Positions 33,344-42,563 of a DNA stretch of 64,000 bases are shown one piece after another. Within the stretch, counting starts at the first letter, position 1, and each line of letters opens with the position of its first letter. The notes under the pieces are model-generated. The model ran no database searches and had not been told where the DNA came from. It saw only the letters and a list, made by a program, of their open reading frames with translations. The position numbers and the translations under genes were made by a program. The stretch is from a virus: the IMG/VR virus record IMGVR_UViG_3300029950_000012; one strand, given 5' to 3'.

Positions 33344-33779
33344 CCGAATAGGAGTCCTTCGCCTCAATCGGCTTAGGGAAATATACTGTAGTAACCAGCG
33401 CTTCGGGCGGGTTGCCATAGGGCTAGTTGGAAATCTAAGCAGCTCCACCGAATAGAACAAGTGGCAGTCAATTGACTTTATAATCGAAAATTGGGGAAAG
33501 CTGCACACTTGTTCTTCCTATCCTCTGAGGGGTGGACGCAAGCACCTAGACCGGCGTTCGGAAGCGGCCTAGTAGTAAAGGGTACAGTAAAAGCCTTGTA
33601 CTTCCGATAGCAAATAAGAGGTTAGGTGAATCGTTTACGTCAGGTTGCGAGAACCCTTATAAAGTGAGTGCATTCAATCACTCCAACCGTATTTCTTAAT
33701 GGGCCGGTATTAACTGGAATAGGCGCTAGTTAATTCCTATAAAGAGAGTAGCTAACCTTACTACTCCGGCCCCACCTAT

Positions 33780-33838
33780 AAGAGGAAGGTACGTGGATTG
33801 TCAAACGCCATGCGCCATGTATTGACCTCCTCTTTTTA
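33780..33838 (+). terminator. long interrupted helix followed by a U-run (possible 3' end of the structured RNA)
   Basis: AAGAGGAAGGT+ACGTGG pairs with CCATGT+ACCTCCTCTT (16 pairs, one bulge, one 4-nt internal loop), then TTTTT at 33833-33837. Confidence 0.4.
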
Positions 33839-33903
33839 CTGTGTGACTCTCCTCCCGAAAGCCGTCTCTTTTAGCGTTGATGGTGAGTAGGGACTTTTTT
33901 CTC

Positions 33904-33932
33904 TTTACTTCCTTAAAAGACTGTAGTACTAT
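33904..33932 (+). promoter_or_regulatory. sigma70-like promoter for the replication operon
   Basis: TTTACT-17 nt-TACTAT read directly, 40 nt upstream of the 33972 start. Confidence 0.55.
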
Positions 33933-33971
33933 AAAACCTCAATTTTGTAAAATATTTTTTGAGGCACTTTT

Positions 33972-35240
33972 ATGGCACATAGTAGAATAGGGCCAAGTGC
34001 TGCTAAGCGATGGATGAATTGCACAGGCAGCATAGACCTTATACAATTCCTTAGATCACAAGAAAAAATACCCCTGAAGAGTCCTACAAACAAGGCTTCG
34101 GAACTGGGTACCGCTGTCCACTATGTGGGTGAGCAAGTCCTACTAAAAACACGTCGCGTTAACCAGTTTAAAAATATTCCTGTTAAAGTTGATGAGATGA
34201 AGTTTCCTGTGTTGCTGTCCCAAAAGAATTTGGATGATGCACAGGCTTACGTAAGCTTCTGTAGGAAAGCAAAGGAGCAGCACCCTGGTAAGATGGTAGT
34301 CGAAGAGACTTACGACCTTAGTAAGGTGTATGACGCCCCAATAGGCGGCACGACTGACTGTAGTATCGTTGGCAGAGTGCTACAAGTAATTGATTATAAG
34401 AATGGAGCCTTTCCTGTTTACGCAGAGGGCAACCCACAAATTATGATCTATGGCTTAGGTGCCTATTATAAATATAGAAAGGTGAAAAAGATTCGCAAAA
34501 TTCGCCTTGTTATATTCCAACCAAACGCCCGTGATAAACATGGCCCCGTTCGTGAACACACAATGCACCTTCATGAATTATTGAAGTGGGAAAAAGAGGA
34601 ATTAATCCCTGCACTAGAAACTATCAAAAGTGGTAAAGGTGTGCTAATACCTTCCCGCGAAAACTGCATGTTCTGTGAAGCTAAAGGGTTTTGTAAGGCT
34701 CTTAAAGAACAGAAACCAAAACTTGTCAAGGATATGATTGTAAGTTCTTCGCTTATACCAATGCTTGATTCAGGTAGTTTGCCAAACCCAGAAGAGTTAA
34801 ACGAAAAAGAATTGATAAGTGTTTTACAAAACGCCGATCATGTAATAGAATTTTACACAGCTTGTAAGAAACTTGCCAAATCGAAACTTGAAACCAACAA
34901 GACTGCCTTACCTGGCTTCGGACTAAGACCAAACCTTGGGAACCGTAGTTACCGATCTGACAAGATTCTTACAAGCACCCTAGAGGAGTACGACGTATCC
35001 TTAAGGAGTATAAAGGTAGCAGCCAGCGAACGCTTCATGACTGTTCCCGAATTAGAGTCGTATGTAAGTACTACACTAGAATGGGATAAGGATGATGTTG
35101 AAGAGTTCATGGATAAAGTTACTACAAGAAAGGTATCTAGCCACGCGCTAGTCCCTGTCTCTGAGGCAGCAAATGATTTTGCCGAAGCGATGAAATCTAA
35201 TCCGAAAATCAGAAAACGACGTAAAAAGGTAATAAGTTAA
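33972..35240 (+). CDS. PD-(D/E)XK exonuclease, DUF2800/Cas4-like
   Basis: 422 aa. N-terminal GPSAAKRWMNCTGS, core GGTTDCSIV...VIDYKNG, and C-terminal Cys cluster CMFCEAKGFC. Confidence 0.75.
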   Translation: MAHSRIGPSAAKRWMNCTGSIDLIQFLRSQEKIPLKSPTNKASELGTAVHYVGEQVLLKTRRVNQFKNIPVKVDEMKFPVLLSQKNLDDAQAYVSFCRKAKEQHPGKMVVEETYDLSKVYDAPIGGTTDCSIVGRVLQVIDYKNGAFPVYAEGNPQIMIYGLGAYYKYRKVKKIRKIRLVIFQPNARDKHGPVREHTMHLHELLKWEKEELIPALETIKSGKGVLIPSRENCMFCEAKGFCKALKEQKPKLVKDMIVSSSLIPMLDSGSLPNPEELNEKELISVLQNADHVIEFYTACKKLAKSKLETNKTALPGFGLRPNLGNRSYRSDKILTSTLEEYDVSLRSIKVAASERFMTVPELESYVSTTLEWDKDDVEEFMDKVTTRKVSSHALVPVSEAANDFAEAMKSNPKIRKRRKKVIS

Positions 35241-35241
35241 T

Positions 35242-36090
35242 ATGGCTAATCCATTTAAAGTTCTACTTGGTTCTAAAGGTTCTCCGGTACGTTCTTCATT
35301 CATGTTCGTTCGTGAATTGCAAGAAGATGAGCATGGAAATAAAAAGTGTAAGACTGGTATCCTACTTCCCAAATCCGACACTGCCACTTTTAAAAAGATG
35401 GTGAAAGCAGTTAACGCTGCGGGACAAAAGAAGTTTGGTTCGAAGTTCAATGTTAAAACCACTAATAAAAATGTGCCATTTCGGGACGGTGATAAACTTG
35501 CCAAAGATCCTGACAGTTCGGTGGGCAAAGAAGCCAAAGGGCATTGGGTTCTAACTGCTATTGGGTATAAGCTACCTGATATTCAAAACCGTAAAAATGA
35601 AAAGATTATTGATGACGACGAGATTGAAGAAACAGCCCGCTCGGGTAACTACTTCCTAATCAGCGTTACTTTTAAAGGTTTTGAGAAAGGCGGTAATTCT
35701 GGCGTTCGAACTGAATTAAATAACATCATGTATGTCAAAGAGGGCGAAGCTCTTGATGGTTCAATGAGTGGTGAAGATGAATTCCGTGAACACGCCATGG
35801 ATGATGACGAAGAGCTGGATGAAGACGGAATGAAAGCGCTTTTCAAGAAGGCAAAGAGTGCCGACAAGAAAGCCGCTAAAAAAGCGTTAAAGGAAACGGG
35901 TGAATCCTCAATTGGTGAAGTTGATGAAGAGGATTACGAAGACCTAGCTGAAGCACTTCGTGAAATAGTTGGCGAGGAAGAAGAGGACGAAGAAGAAGAG
36001 GATGACGAAGAAGAAGAAGAAGAAGAAAAGCCTAAAAAGAAAAAGAAAAAGTCTTCTGACAAAAAGTCCTCTCGCCGGTCTCGCCGTTAA
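35242..36090 (+). CDS. DUF2815-type phage ssDNA-binding protein
   Basis: 282 aa. FRDGDKLAKD...GHWVLTAIGY...SGNYFLISVTFKGF pattern, then a poly-acidic tail and a KKKKKK...RRSRR end. It sits between the nuclease and the polymerase as in the known module. Confidence 0.7.
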   Translation: MANPFKVLLGSKGSPVRSSFMFVRELQEDEHGNKKCKTGILLPKSDTATFKKMVKAVNAAGQKKFGSKFNVKTTNKNVPFRDGDKLAKDPDSSVGKEAKGHWVLTAIGYKLPDIQNRKNEKIIDDDEIEETARSGNYFLISVTFKGFEKGGNSGVRTELNNIMYVKEGEALDGSMSGEDEFREHAMDDDEELDEDGMKALFKKAKSADKKAAKKALKETGESSIGEVDEEDYEDLAEALREIVGEEEEDEEEEDDEEEEEEEKPKKKKKKSSDKKSSRRSRR

Positions 36091-36112
36091 GTTGCTAGTG
36101 TAAAATTAAAAA

Positions 36113-36139
36113 AGCCGGTACTCTTGTACTGGCTTTTTT
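36113..36139 (+). terminator. rho-independent terminator
   Basis: AGCCGGTAC-tctt-GTACTGGCT followed by TTTTT. Confidence 0.75.
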
Positions 36140-36152
36140 ATGCTTAGGATTA

Positions 36153-38213
36153 ATGAAAATGAAATTGAACCCCAAAAGATATGAAGATCAAGTTTTCGTA
36201 GATATAGATTTCGAAACGAGGTCACTTGCCAACATCAAGGATGTGGGGGCAATGAAGTACGCCGAACACCCATCGACACAAATGCTTATTGTGAGTTGGC
36301 AGTTTAGCAACAGTGACAGGAAGTATAGTTGGAACCCTTTTACTAGCAGGAGAAAGGCACCAACTGCACTACTAAGGGCCATACGTAGAAAGGAAGTTTT
36401 CCTACGCGCCTTTAACAGTGAGTTTGAATTTTGGATATGGAACCTTGTTTGTGTTCGCCAATTCGGTTGGCCGGAAATGAAAAACAATAGGTTCTATGAT
36501 GCTATGGGCCAATCGGTTGCTTCTGCTTTCCCTGCCAATCTGAATGACGCCGCGTTGCGCTCTCGTGCTGCACACCTAAAGAATGAAGATGGAAAGGATT
36601 TAATACAGTTCTTCAGTGTACCTATAAAGGACACTACAGTATTTCGTGATCCTCGAATGTTCAAAAAGGAGTTCAAACAGTTTGTAGCTTATTGTGATGA
36701 TGACGTTGCCGCGCAAAAAGCAGTATGTAATGCCACACCTGTACTAAGCCCAGCAGAACAAGACGTGATGTTCCTCACTGAAAAGATGAATGAGCGGGGC
36801 ATACCTATTAATGTTGAGTTCGTTCGCAGTGCATTGAACATGGTTAATATTGCACAACGGCGAATGGATAAACGTGCAAGGGCTATACTAGTAGAAACAG
36901 GTTGTCGTGGTGACTTCCATTCCCTTAGTCAAAGAGATGCTGTAAGGAACTGGGCGAAAAAACGGGGGCTCGACATCCCCAACATGCAAAAGGAAACCAT
37001 TCAAAACTTTATTGACGAGGATATTATAAGTGATCCCTTGGTTAAAGAAGTTTTACAAATGCGCCTCCAACACGCTAAGACTAGTACTGCAAAGTATAGG
37101 ACTATGCTTGCGCAAACTGACGTTAATGGTTTTATTCATGGTTTTATTAAGTATCATATCGCTAAGACTGGTCGTTGGGGCGGTCGTGGTATGCAGATAC
37201 AGAATTTCCCCAAGCCTGGAAAGTCATTACCTAAAACTCCAAGTGACTGGAAAGAATATGATAAAGTTATTGACCAGATCGTTAAAGCGATTGAAGACGA
37301 AGATGTAGATTGGCTGTTAGAATACCATCCCGACATAATGGAAATACTTGCTGGCTATTTGCGTGCTGCGATTCAAGCGCCAAAGGGTTACAAGTTTGTC
37401 AGTGCGGATTATGGCCAAATCGAAGCGCGGGTTGTTCTATGGATTGCCGGTTCCAAAAATGGCATGAAAGATTTTGGTGGTGATGGAAAAGTATATGAAG
37501 CAATGGCCGCTTCCATATATGGTCTGAACATAAAGAAGATCACCAAAGATAGTATCCACCGCTTCATAGGTAAGCAGACTGTACTAGGCTCCGGCTTTGG
37601 AATGGGTTGGGAAAAGTTTATCACATCTTGTTGGGATGTTGCACAGGTTCGCGTAGATAAGAAAACAGCACAGAAGGCGATAAATGGTTACAGGGAACGG
37701 TACTTTGAAGTAGTAGCCCTATGGAAAGCAGCAGAAAAAGCAGCCATGGAAGCTGTTCGCCGCCCCGGTAGAAGGGTAAAGGTTAACAAGTTTGTATCAT
37801 ACAAGATGCGTGGCAAGCATTTGTACTGTAAGTTGCCTAGTGGTCGTGAATTATGTTACCCTTTTGCATGTATTAAAGATGCGAAGTACTTTAAGACTAC
37901 AAAACCTCAACTACACTTTGAAGGAAAAGATTCTAAGACCCAACAATGGTCTTTGATGAAAACCTACGGGGGTTCATTAGTAGAGAACTTTGTACAAGCA
38001 ATCGCAAGAGATATAATGGCCCATGGAATGTTCAACGCTGAAAAAGCAGGGTACCCCACAATATTCTCAGTTCACGATGAAGCTGCTGCACTTGTTAAGA
38101 AGAAGTTCGGTAGCGTTAAGGAATACGAAAAACTCCTTTGCATCCTTCCACGTTGGGCTAAAGGCTGTCCAGTTGTCGCAGAAGGTTGGCAAGGTAAATA
38201 CTACAGGAAATAA
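36153..38213 (+). CDS. family A DNA polymerase with 3'-5' exonuclease domain
   Basis: 686 aa. ExoI DIDFETRS, motif A SADYGQIEARV, motif B IGKQTVLGSGFGMG, motif C SVHDEAA. Confidence 0.9.
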   Translation: MKMKLNPKRYEDQVFVDIDFETRSLANIKDVGAMKYAEHPSTQMLIVSWQFSNSDRKYSWNPFTSRRKAPTALLRAIRRKEVFLRAFNSEFEFWIWNLVCVRQFGWPEMKNNRFYDAMGQSVASAFPANLNDAALRSRAAHLKNEDGKDLIQFFSVPIKDTTVFRDPRMFKKEFKQFVAYCDDDVAAQKAVCNATPVLSPAEQDVMFLTEKMNERGIPINVEFVRSALNMVNIAQRRMDKRARAILVETGCRGDFHSLSQRDAVRNWAKKRGLDIPNMQKETIQNFIDEDIISDPLVKEVLQMRLQHAKTSTAKYRTMLAQTDVNGFIHGFIKYHIAKTGRWGGRGMQIQNFPKPGKSLPKTPSDWKEYDKVIDQIVKAIEDEDVDWLLEYHPDIMEILAGYLRAAIQAPKGYKFVSADYGQIEARVVLWIAGSKNGMKDFGGDGKVYEAMAASIYGLNIKKITKDSIHRFIGKQTVLGSGFGMGWEKFITSCWDVAQVRVDKKTAQKAINGYRERYFEVVALWKAAEKAAMEAVRRPGRRVKVNKFVSYKMRGKHLYCKLPSGRELCYPFACIKDAKYFKTTKPQLHFEGKDSKTQQWSLMKTYGGSLVENFVQAIARDIMAHGMFNAEKAGYPTIFSVHDEAAALVKKKFGSVKEYEKLLCILPRWAKGCPVVAEGWQGKYYRK

Positions 38214-38217
38214 GATT

Positions 38218-38814
38218 ATGTCAAGTGACCCAATAGAAACAAAAGAAACAGCAGTACCAGTACCTGATAAAGTACGCGCAGCTAAAAAGAAAAGGCATCC
38301 CCTGCTTTGCAGTTGTGATGAATGTTCTGTAGTAGTAGGTAGGACAAAGGAGCTAAACCCTATTGCGGTAGAAGAACCACAACCGCAGGAGATACACCCC
38401 AGCCACTGCTGTTGCTCTGTTTGTAAACCAATGATGCTGTCTAATAGTGGTACTGAACTGGAGATGTCAGAAATCGAGATTAAAAGTGGAGATACTGTAA
38501 CAATGTCAGATATATATACGCCTACGCTGGACGGGCTATCAGTATCTGAAAAAGAGGTAGGAAAGCATTACAACATCGTCCTTTATCGCTATTTAACAGA
38601 TGAAGAAATTGAATCAAGAACTGTTAAAATAAAGCTCGACCCATATCGCCTAGCAGAACACTACACTTTCAGTAGCTCCGCAATGGAACACATTTTCAAG
38701 AAGTCGATACGCAACACCTCTAAAGGTGCGACTGAAGAAAAAGTACTTACTGAAATTATAGCAACTGCTAAGCGTCAACTTGAAATACTAGAAGAAAGGA
38801 AATTAAACCTGTGA
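38218..38814 (+). CDS. hypothetical protein (198 aa), DUF3310-like C-terminus (tentative)
   Basis: ATG at 38218 (MSSDPIE...) just after the polymerase stop is preferred over 38023. The C-terminal GKHYN...DPYRLAEHY...AMEHIFKKSIRNTSKG...TAKRQLEIL resembles DUF3310. Two Cys pairs lie N-terminally. Confidence 0.5.
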   Translation: MSSDPIETKETAVPVPDKVRAAKKKRHPLLCSCDECSVVVGRTKELNPIAVEEPQPQEIHPSHCCCSVCKPMMLSNSGTELEMSEIEIKSGDTVTMSDIYTPTLDGLSVSEKEVGKHYNIVLYRYLTDEEIESRTVKIKLDPYRLAEHYTFSSSAMEHIFKKSIRNTSKGATEEKVLTEIIATAKRQLEILEERKLNL

Positions 38815-39053
38815 ATATTAAAGAAGAGTTTAAAAAGCTAACAAGTTTCAAGGCCAAGGCTACCGCAGTGGGCATAGCAGTAGCTGTAGTAGTTATAATA
38901 CTGTCGGGGCTTTGGACTGTTCGTTGGGTCGTGATCAACTTCAATGCTGTTACCATTCACAAGTCAACCTATAAGGTACCAGAGTATGACCGCGTTTGTC
39001 TTATAGTATCCAACTCTGAAGACCTGTCTGTAGATTGTTGGAGTGAGAAATGA
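38811..39053 (+). CDS. hypothetical membrane protein (80 aa, GTG start)
   Basis: GTGA overlap. TM span AVGIAVAVVVIILSGLW. Confidence 0.45.
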   Translation: MNIKEEFKKLTSFKAKATAVGIAVAVVVIILSGLWTVRWVVINFNAVTIHKSTYKVPEYDRVCLIVSNSEDLSVDCWSEK

Positions 39054-39466
39054 GAAGGATAAAAGCGGCGTTTCAATTAGAACGTTTCTCCGGTCGCTAT
39101 AAAGTGTATTCCCAAATGTTTAATCAGGAACAGGAAGCCGCAGGGGAAAAACCCTTCATCAAATTACTATATGTTGATGCAGAAGAAACAAAGGGTCTTG
39201 ATTTCATAGCCGTTGAAGTCGAACTAGGTTTACGTATGGAGGGTGAAAAGATATGCCCTCCTGCAATAGGATCAACATGGGTGCATTCTAACAAAAATGT
39301 CTACGAAGTGATGCTTATCACTAACCAAGAGTCAACTAACCCAATGTACATGCCTACTGTAGTATATATGAATGCAGACACTGGCAGTACCTGGACACGC
39401 CCTTTGCATGATTGGTACAGAAGCATGACTTTATGTGACTTCAAGTATAAAAAGGAGGAGTTTTAA
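39050..39466 (+). CDS. hypothetical protein (138 aa), DUF1653-like C-terminal half (tentative)
   Basis: ATGA overlap. GSTWVHSNKNVYEVMLITN...PTVVYMNADTGSTWTRPLHDW resembles the DUF1653 pattern. Confidence 0.5.
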   Translation: MRRIKAAFQLERFSGRYKVYSQMFNQEQEAAGEKPFIKLLYVDAEETKGLDFIAVEVELGLRMEGEKICPPAIGSTWVHSNKNVYEVMLITNQESTNPMYMPTVVYMNADTGSTWTRPLHDWYRSMTLCDFKYKKEEF

Positions 39467-39810
39467 TGTCCGAATCAAAAGCTGCACAACTGAAAAAGAA
39501 AAAAGGGGAGCGTAAAAGGCTTCTCGAAGAAGAGCGGGCAATTCAGGCAGAGTTAGATGCGGGGGTAGAGGAGCGTAAAGAAGCGCGTAAGGAAGTAACC
39601 GCATGTAGGTTAGTTGTCGAAGGGCATATACTTTCCTTGCGTATTGCTGGTAGTGATATGAGTGGCATCATTTCTAAACAGCAAACCTTTACCAAGTTCG
39701 ACCGTTACAAAGAGTTTCAAGAGGAGTTGCTAAATAGAACGGATGAGTTACTAACCGCAGCAACGGAACACAACCAAGCTATACAGAAGGTTAAAGACCT
39801 TGGCGGCTAG
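39466..39810 (+). CDS. hypothetical coiled-coil protein (114 aa)
   Basis: TAATG junction. Confidence 0.5.
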   Translation: MSESKAAQLKKKKGERKRLLEEERAIQAELDAGVEERKEARKEVTACRLVVEGHILSLRIAGSDMSGIISKQQTFTKFDRYKEFQEELLNRTDELLTAATEHNQAIQKVKDLGG

Positions 39811-40147
39811 GCGCGAAAGTTCTATAGAAACTTCGTTTAATACTGAGGCGGCAAAGAACTTCTTCCTCAGTATTAAACTTATTGCTAATAGCAGAAATGG
39901 CTTCCCTGATCGAACGTGTTTCGGTAAGGGAGGCCATATCTTTTTTGTAGAATTGAAAAGACCTAAAGAAGACCCAAGGCCAAATCAGTATTACTGGCAC
40001 CGATTACTAAAACGAATGGGGTTTAGATGTTATGTCTGTAAGACAACGGACGAAGCGAAGAAAATCTTTAAACTTGAGCGGCGATACCAAATGGATTCCT
40101 CATCAATACCAACTAAGCGCCATCGCAAGAGGGTTTCGACAAAATAA
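39800..40147 (+). CDS. VRR-NUC domain nuclease
   Basis: GFPDRTCFGKGGHIFFVELKRPKEDPRPNQYYWHRLLKRMGF shows the D...ExK...Q..W pattern of VRR-NUC. TTG start. Confidence 0.7.
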   Translation: MAARRESSIETSFNTEAAKNFFLSIKLIANSRNGFPDRTCFGKGGHIFFVELKRPKEDPRPNQYYWHRLLKRMGFRCYVCKTTDEAKKIFKLERRYQMDSSSIPTKRHRKRVSTK

Positions 40148-41531
40148 GTTAGCGTACTTTCTAGATCCTGGCTTAGGGAAGACCACTATAATACTACAGT
40201 TATACAAGATGCTAAAGCAGTATGGTAAAGCGAAAGGCATCCTGTTAATTGCACCTATTCGTGTGATGGAATTAGTGTGGCCTTTGGAGATTCAGAAATG
40301 GCCCAACTTCCGCCACATAAAAATCAACATCATGCATGGCCCAAAGAAAAAGCTAGACTACGACGCAGATATAAACATCATTAACCCTGCGGGTCTCCCC
40401 TGGCTTAAAACACAACTGCACAACGTACGTGTTAAGAAGTGGCCATTTGATATGATGGTAGTCGATGAAAGCACAATGTTTAAAAATTATGACAGTGCTA
40501 GATTCATGCTACTACAGAACTACTTTACTAAAAAGATGTCTCGCCGGTACATTCTAACAGGTACGCCAATCCCTAATGGTTACATGCAGTTATTCAGCCA
40601 ATTCAAGATTGTTGATGAAGGGCGTTCTCTTGGTAAAAACATAACTGACTTTAGGTACCATTACTTTAAACCTGTTGGCCCACCTCAGTATAGGCAGTTT
40701 AAGTTACGCGATGGTGCAGACAAAAAGATTAATAAAAAGATAGCGCGTTATGTCTGTAGAATGTCAGCAGAAGAGTATTTGAAACTTCCACCAATATCTA
40801 TTAATACTATAAAAGTAGATATGCCTAAAAAGGCGATGAAACAATATGAGAAATTACGTGATGAACAGTTCTTGCAAGTTGGTATCAAAGAAATCTATCC
40901 GCCAACCGCTGCAAGTCTCGGTCAAAAGCTCCACCAGATCGCAAATGGCAACCTATACGAAAACTGGGATGTACTTGAGAAAGGGAAAGTACCTTCCGCA
41001 GCAAAGCGACCCTATATTAAGTTTCACAATGCCAAGATCGATGCACTTAAGGAACTTCAGACAGAACTACAAGGTAAACCTCTCTTTGTCGCGTACTGGT
41101 ACCACCACGATCTTATTACACTCCAAGCGGCGTTTCCTAAAGCCATCATCATTAATTCTAAAACCACATCTAAACAAGCGGCAAAGATAGAACGCGATTG
41201 GAATGCCGGAAGGATACCAATGCTAATAGCACAGCCCGCATCTGTTGCCCATGGGCTTAACTTTCAAAAGGCCGGAGGCGATGTTGCATGGTACTCATTA
41301 GTATACGACTTCGAACTTTATGATCAGTTTATCAAAAGGTTATGGAGACAAGGCGCAATTGATAAAGTTATGGTACACTTCTTAATGACCCGAGGCACTA
41401 TTGATGAAGCAATATTCGAGAAGCTAATGGGAAAGAAAGTAGTACAGGATGACTTTTATGAAGTTATGAGAGTTTATCAACGCCAACTTAAAAAGGATAT
41501 GGACTATGAACAAAGTAATAGAGCGGCTTAA
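40032..41531 (+). CDS. SNF2/DEAD-like helicase
   Basis: 499 aa. Motif I LDPGLGKT, motif II MVVDESTMFKN, and the C-terminal lobe IAQPASVAHGLNFQ. The start is uncertain because it overlaps VRR-NUC by 116 nt. Confidence 0.8.
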   Translation: MSVRQRTKRRKSLNLSGDTKWIPHQYQLSAIARGFRQNKLAYFLDPGLGKTTIILQLYKMLKQYGKAKGILLIAPIRVMELVWPLEIQKWPNFRHIKINIMHGPKKKLDYDADINIINPAGLPWLKTQLHNVRVKKWPFDMMVVDESTMFKNYDSARFMLLQNYFTKKMSRRYILTGTPIPNGYMQLFSQFKIVDEGRSLGKNITDFRYHYFKPVGPPQYRQFKLRDGADKKINKKIARYVCRMSAEEYLKLPPISINTIKVDMPKKAMKQYEKLRDEQFLQVGIKEIYPPTAASLGQKLHQIANGNLYENWDVLEKGKVPSAAKRPYIKFHNAKIDALKELQTELQGKPLFVAYWYHHDLITLQAAFPKAIIINSKTTSKQAAKIERDWNAGRIPMLIAQPASVAHGLNFQKAGGDVAWYSLVYDFELYDQFIKRLWRQGAIDKVMVHFLMTRGTIDEAIFEKLMGKKVVQDDFYEVMRVYQRQLKKDMDYEQSNRAA

Positions 41532-42222
41532 AGAGCCGTCCAGTTGGGCAGGACTAGCAATCCTAGCCTTGGTAGCATTACAAATTATACCGGCAGAACA
41601 AGGCATTATGCTTTTAGATGTTGCCAATAGTGGAGGGTTAACAGCAATAGCAGAAGTAGCCCAACCCGCTGCGGAAGTATTAGCACCTGTAGCACAGGAA
41701 ACCAATTGGCTTAAGATAGGTCTTAATGTTCTTGGTATTGCGTCAGGTGTTGGTGCTTTGGGATCAATGATATTACCGGAAGGGAGGAAAGTAGTACTAG
41801 CATTATTGATGTTGCCTACTATGCTCTTATTCTCCGGTACTGCTACTACAGTAGAAGCAGCTACCTTTTCGACGCTTAGTTGGGAGTTACCCACCGAAAG
41901 GATAAATGGAAAACCCTTAGCAGGAAACGAGATAGGTGGCATACTGATACACACCACACATCCAGACGGGACAATAACGGTCTATGACGAAACGGATGGT
42001 AGCGCAACTGAGTATATCTTTACGCCCACTGTTAATGGCGTGTATCGTTTTACTGTTCAAGTGTATGATAAGACAGAGCCTAACGTGGTACGAGGGATAA
42101 TGTCTAAACCAGTAGCAGGGTTATACGATGAGGGAGTCAGTCCACCAGCCCAAATGCCGCTTACAATAAGGGTAACTTGTGATGTTGTTACTAACTGCGA
42201 TTTTGAAATATTGAATGAGTAG
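41506..42222 (+). CDS. membrane-anchored protein with a C-terminal FN3/Ig-like domain (238 aa)
   Basis: Several N-terminal hydrophobic spans. The C-terminal LSWELPTERINGKPLAGNEIGGILIH...YRFTVQVYD looks like a fibronectin type III fold. Confidence 0.5.
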   Translation: MNKVIERLKEPSSWAGLAILALVALQIIPAEQGIMLLDVANSGGLTAIAEVAQPAAEVLAPVAQETNWLKIGLNVLGIASGVGALGSMILPEGRKVVLALLMLPTMLLFSGTATTVEAATFSTLSWELPTERINGKPLAGNEIGGILIHTTHPDGTITVYDETDGSATEYIFTPTVNGVYRFTVQVYDKTEPNVVRGIMSKPVAGLYDEGVSPPAQMPLTIRVTCDVVTNCDFEILNE

Positions 42223-42242
42223 CTAAAGTAATGTAGTAAAAA

Positions 42243-42266
42243 GGCAGCCTTCGGGTTGCCTTTTTT
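42243..42266 (+). terminator. rho-independent terminator
   Basis: GGCAGCC-ttcg-GGTTGCC followed by TTTTTT. Confidence 0.8.
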
Positions 42267-42305
42267 ATGCGCAAGTGTTTATACTGTAGGAGGAGGAAAC
42301 AAATT

Positions 42306-42563
42306 ATGGCACTAAACGGATTCGATGACGGCAGTTTTAACCATGGCCCCTTAAAAGAGGTCAGTAAATCTAACATAACAAGCGAAGAGTTAGCAGGAGA
42401 TGTAGAGGCGTTCCTAGCCCAAGGTGGAAAGGTAACCTTAGAAGCCCCACAACAAGCAGTACCATGGCATGAAGCAAGAGATTACATAAAGGCCAATAGG
42501 GACAAACTAATGGAGCCACTGAACAAACCTTACGATATTACATCAAAAGGCTATACAAAATAA
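42306..42563 (+). CDS. hypothetical protein (85 aa)
   Basis: ATG with a GGAGGAGG SD (MALNGFDDG...). The ORF-track start at 42267 lies inside the terminator T-run. Confidence 0.55.
   Translation: MALNGFDDGSFNHGPLKEVSKSNITSEELAGDVEAFLAQGGKVTLEAPQQAVPWHEARDYIKANRDKLMEPLNKPYDITSKGYTK

Larger units (their letters stand above)
32640..33838 (+). ncRNA. candidate large structured non-coding RNA locus containing three tRNA-like modules
   Basis: About 1.2 kb without a credible ORF, bracketed by a promoter-like site and a long interrupted helix plus U-run. Helices read directly: 32644-52/32662-70, 32685-95/32729-39, 32756-70/32824-38, 32944-58/33015-29, 33139-74 palindrome, 33454-67/33501-15, 33701-07/33766-72, 33709-15/33728-34, 33780-96/33815-34. 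Confidence 0.55.

Noticed and set aside
33103-33508. ORFs 33103-33291 (+) and 33302-33508 (-) inside the 32.6-33.9 kb gap.
   Set aside because: They have no ribosome-binding sites. They run through the perfect palindrome and the tRNA-like element, and their composition is not protein-like. The region is better explained as structured RNA.
32640-33838. tmRNA (one-piece or permuted) as the explanation for the tRNA-like parts with a G.U third pair.
   Set aside because: Each acceptor helix closes locally around its own D and T arms, not around a large pseudoknotted body. I could not find a resume codon and tag reading frame ending in a hydrophobic ...LAA-type tail.
38023-38217. ORF-track start at 38023 for the gene after the polymerase.
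   Set aside because: That extension lies entirely inside the polymerase gene in another frame. The ATG at 38218 follows the polymerase stop by 4 nt.
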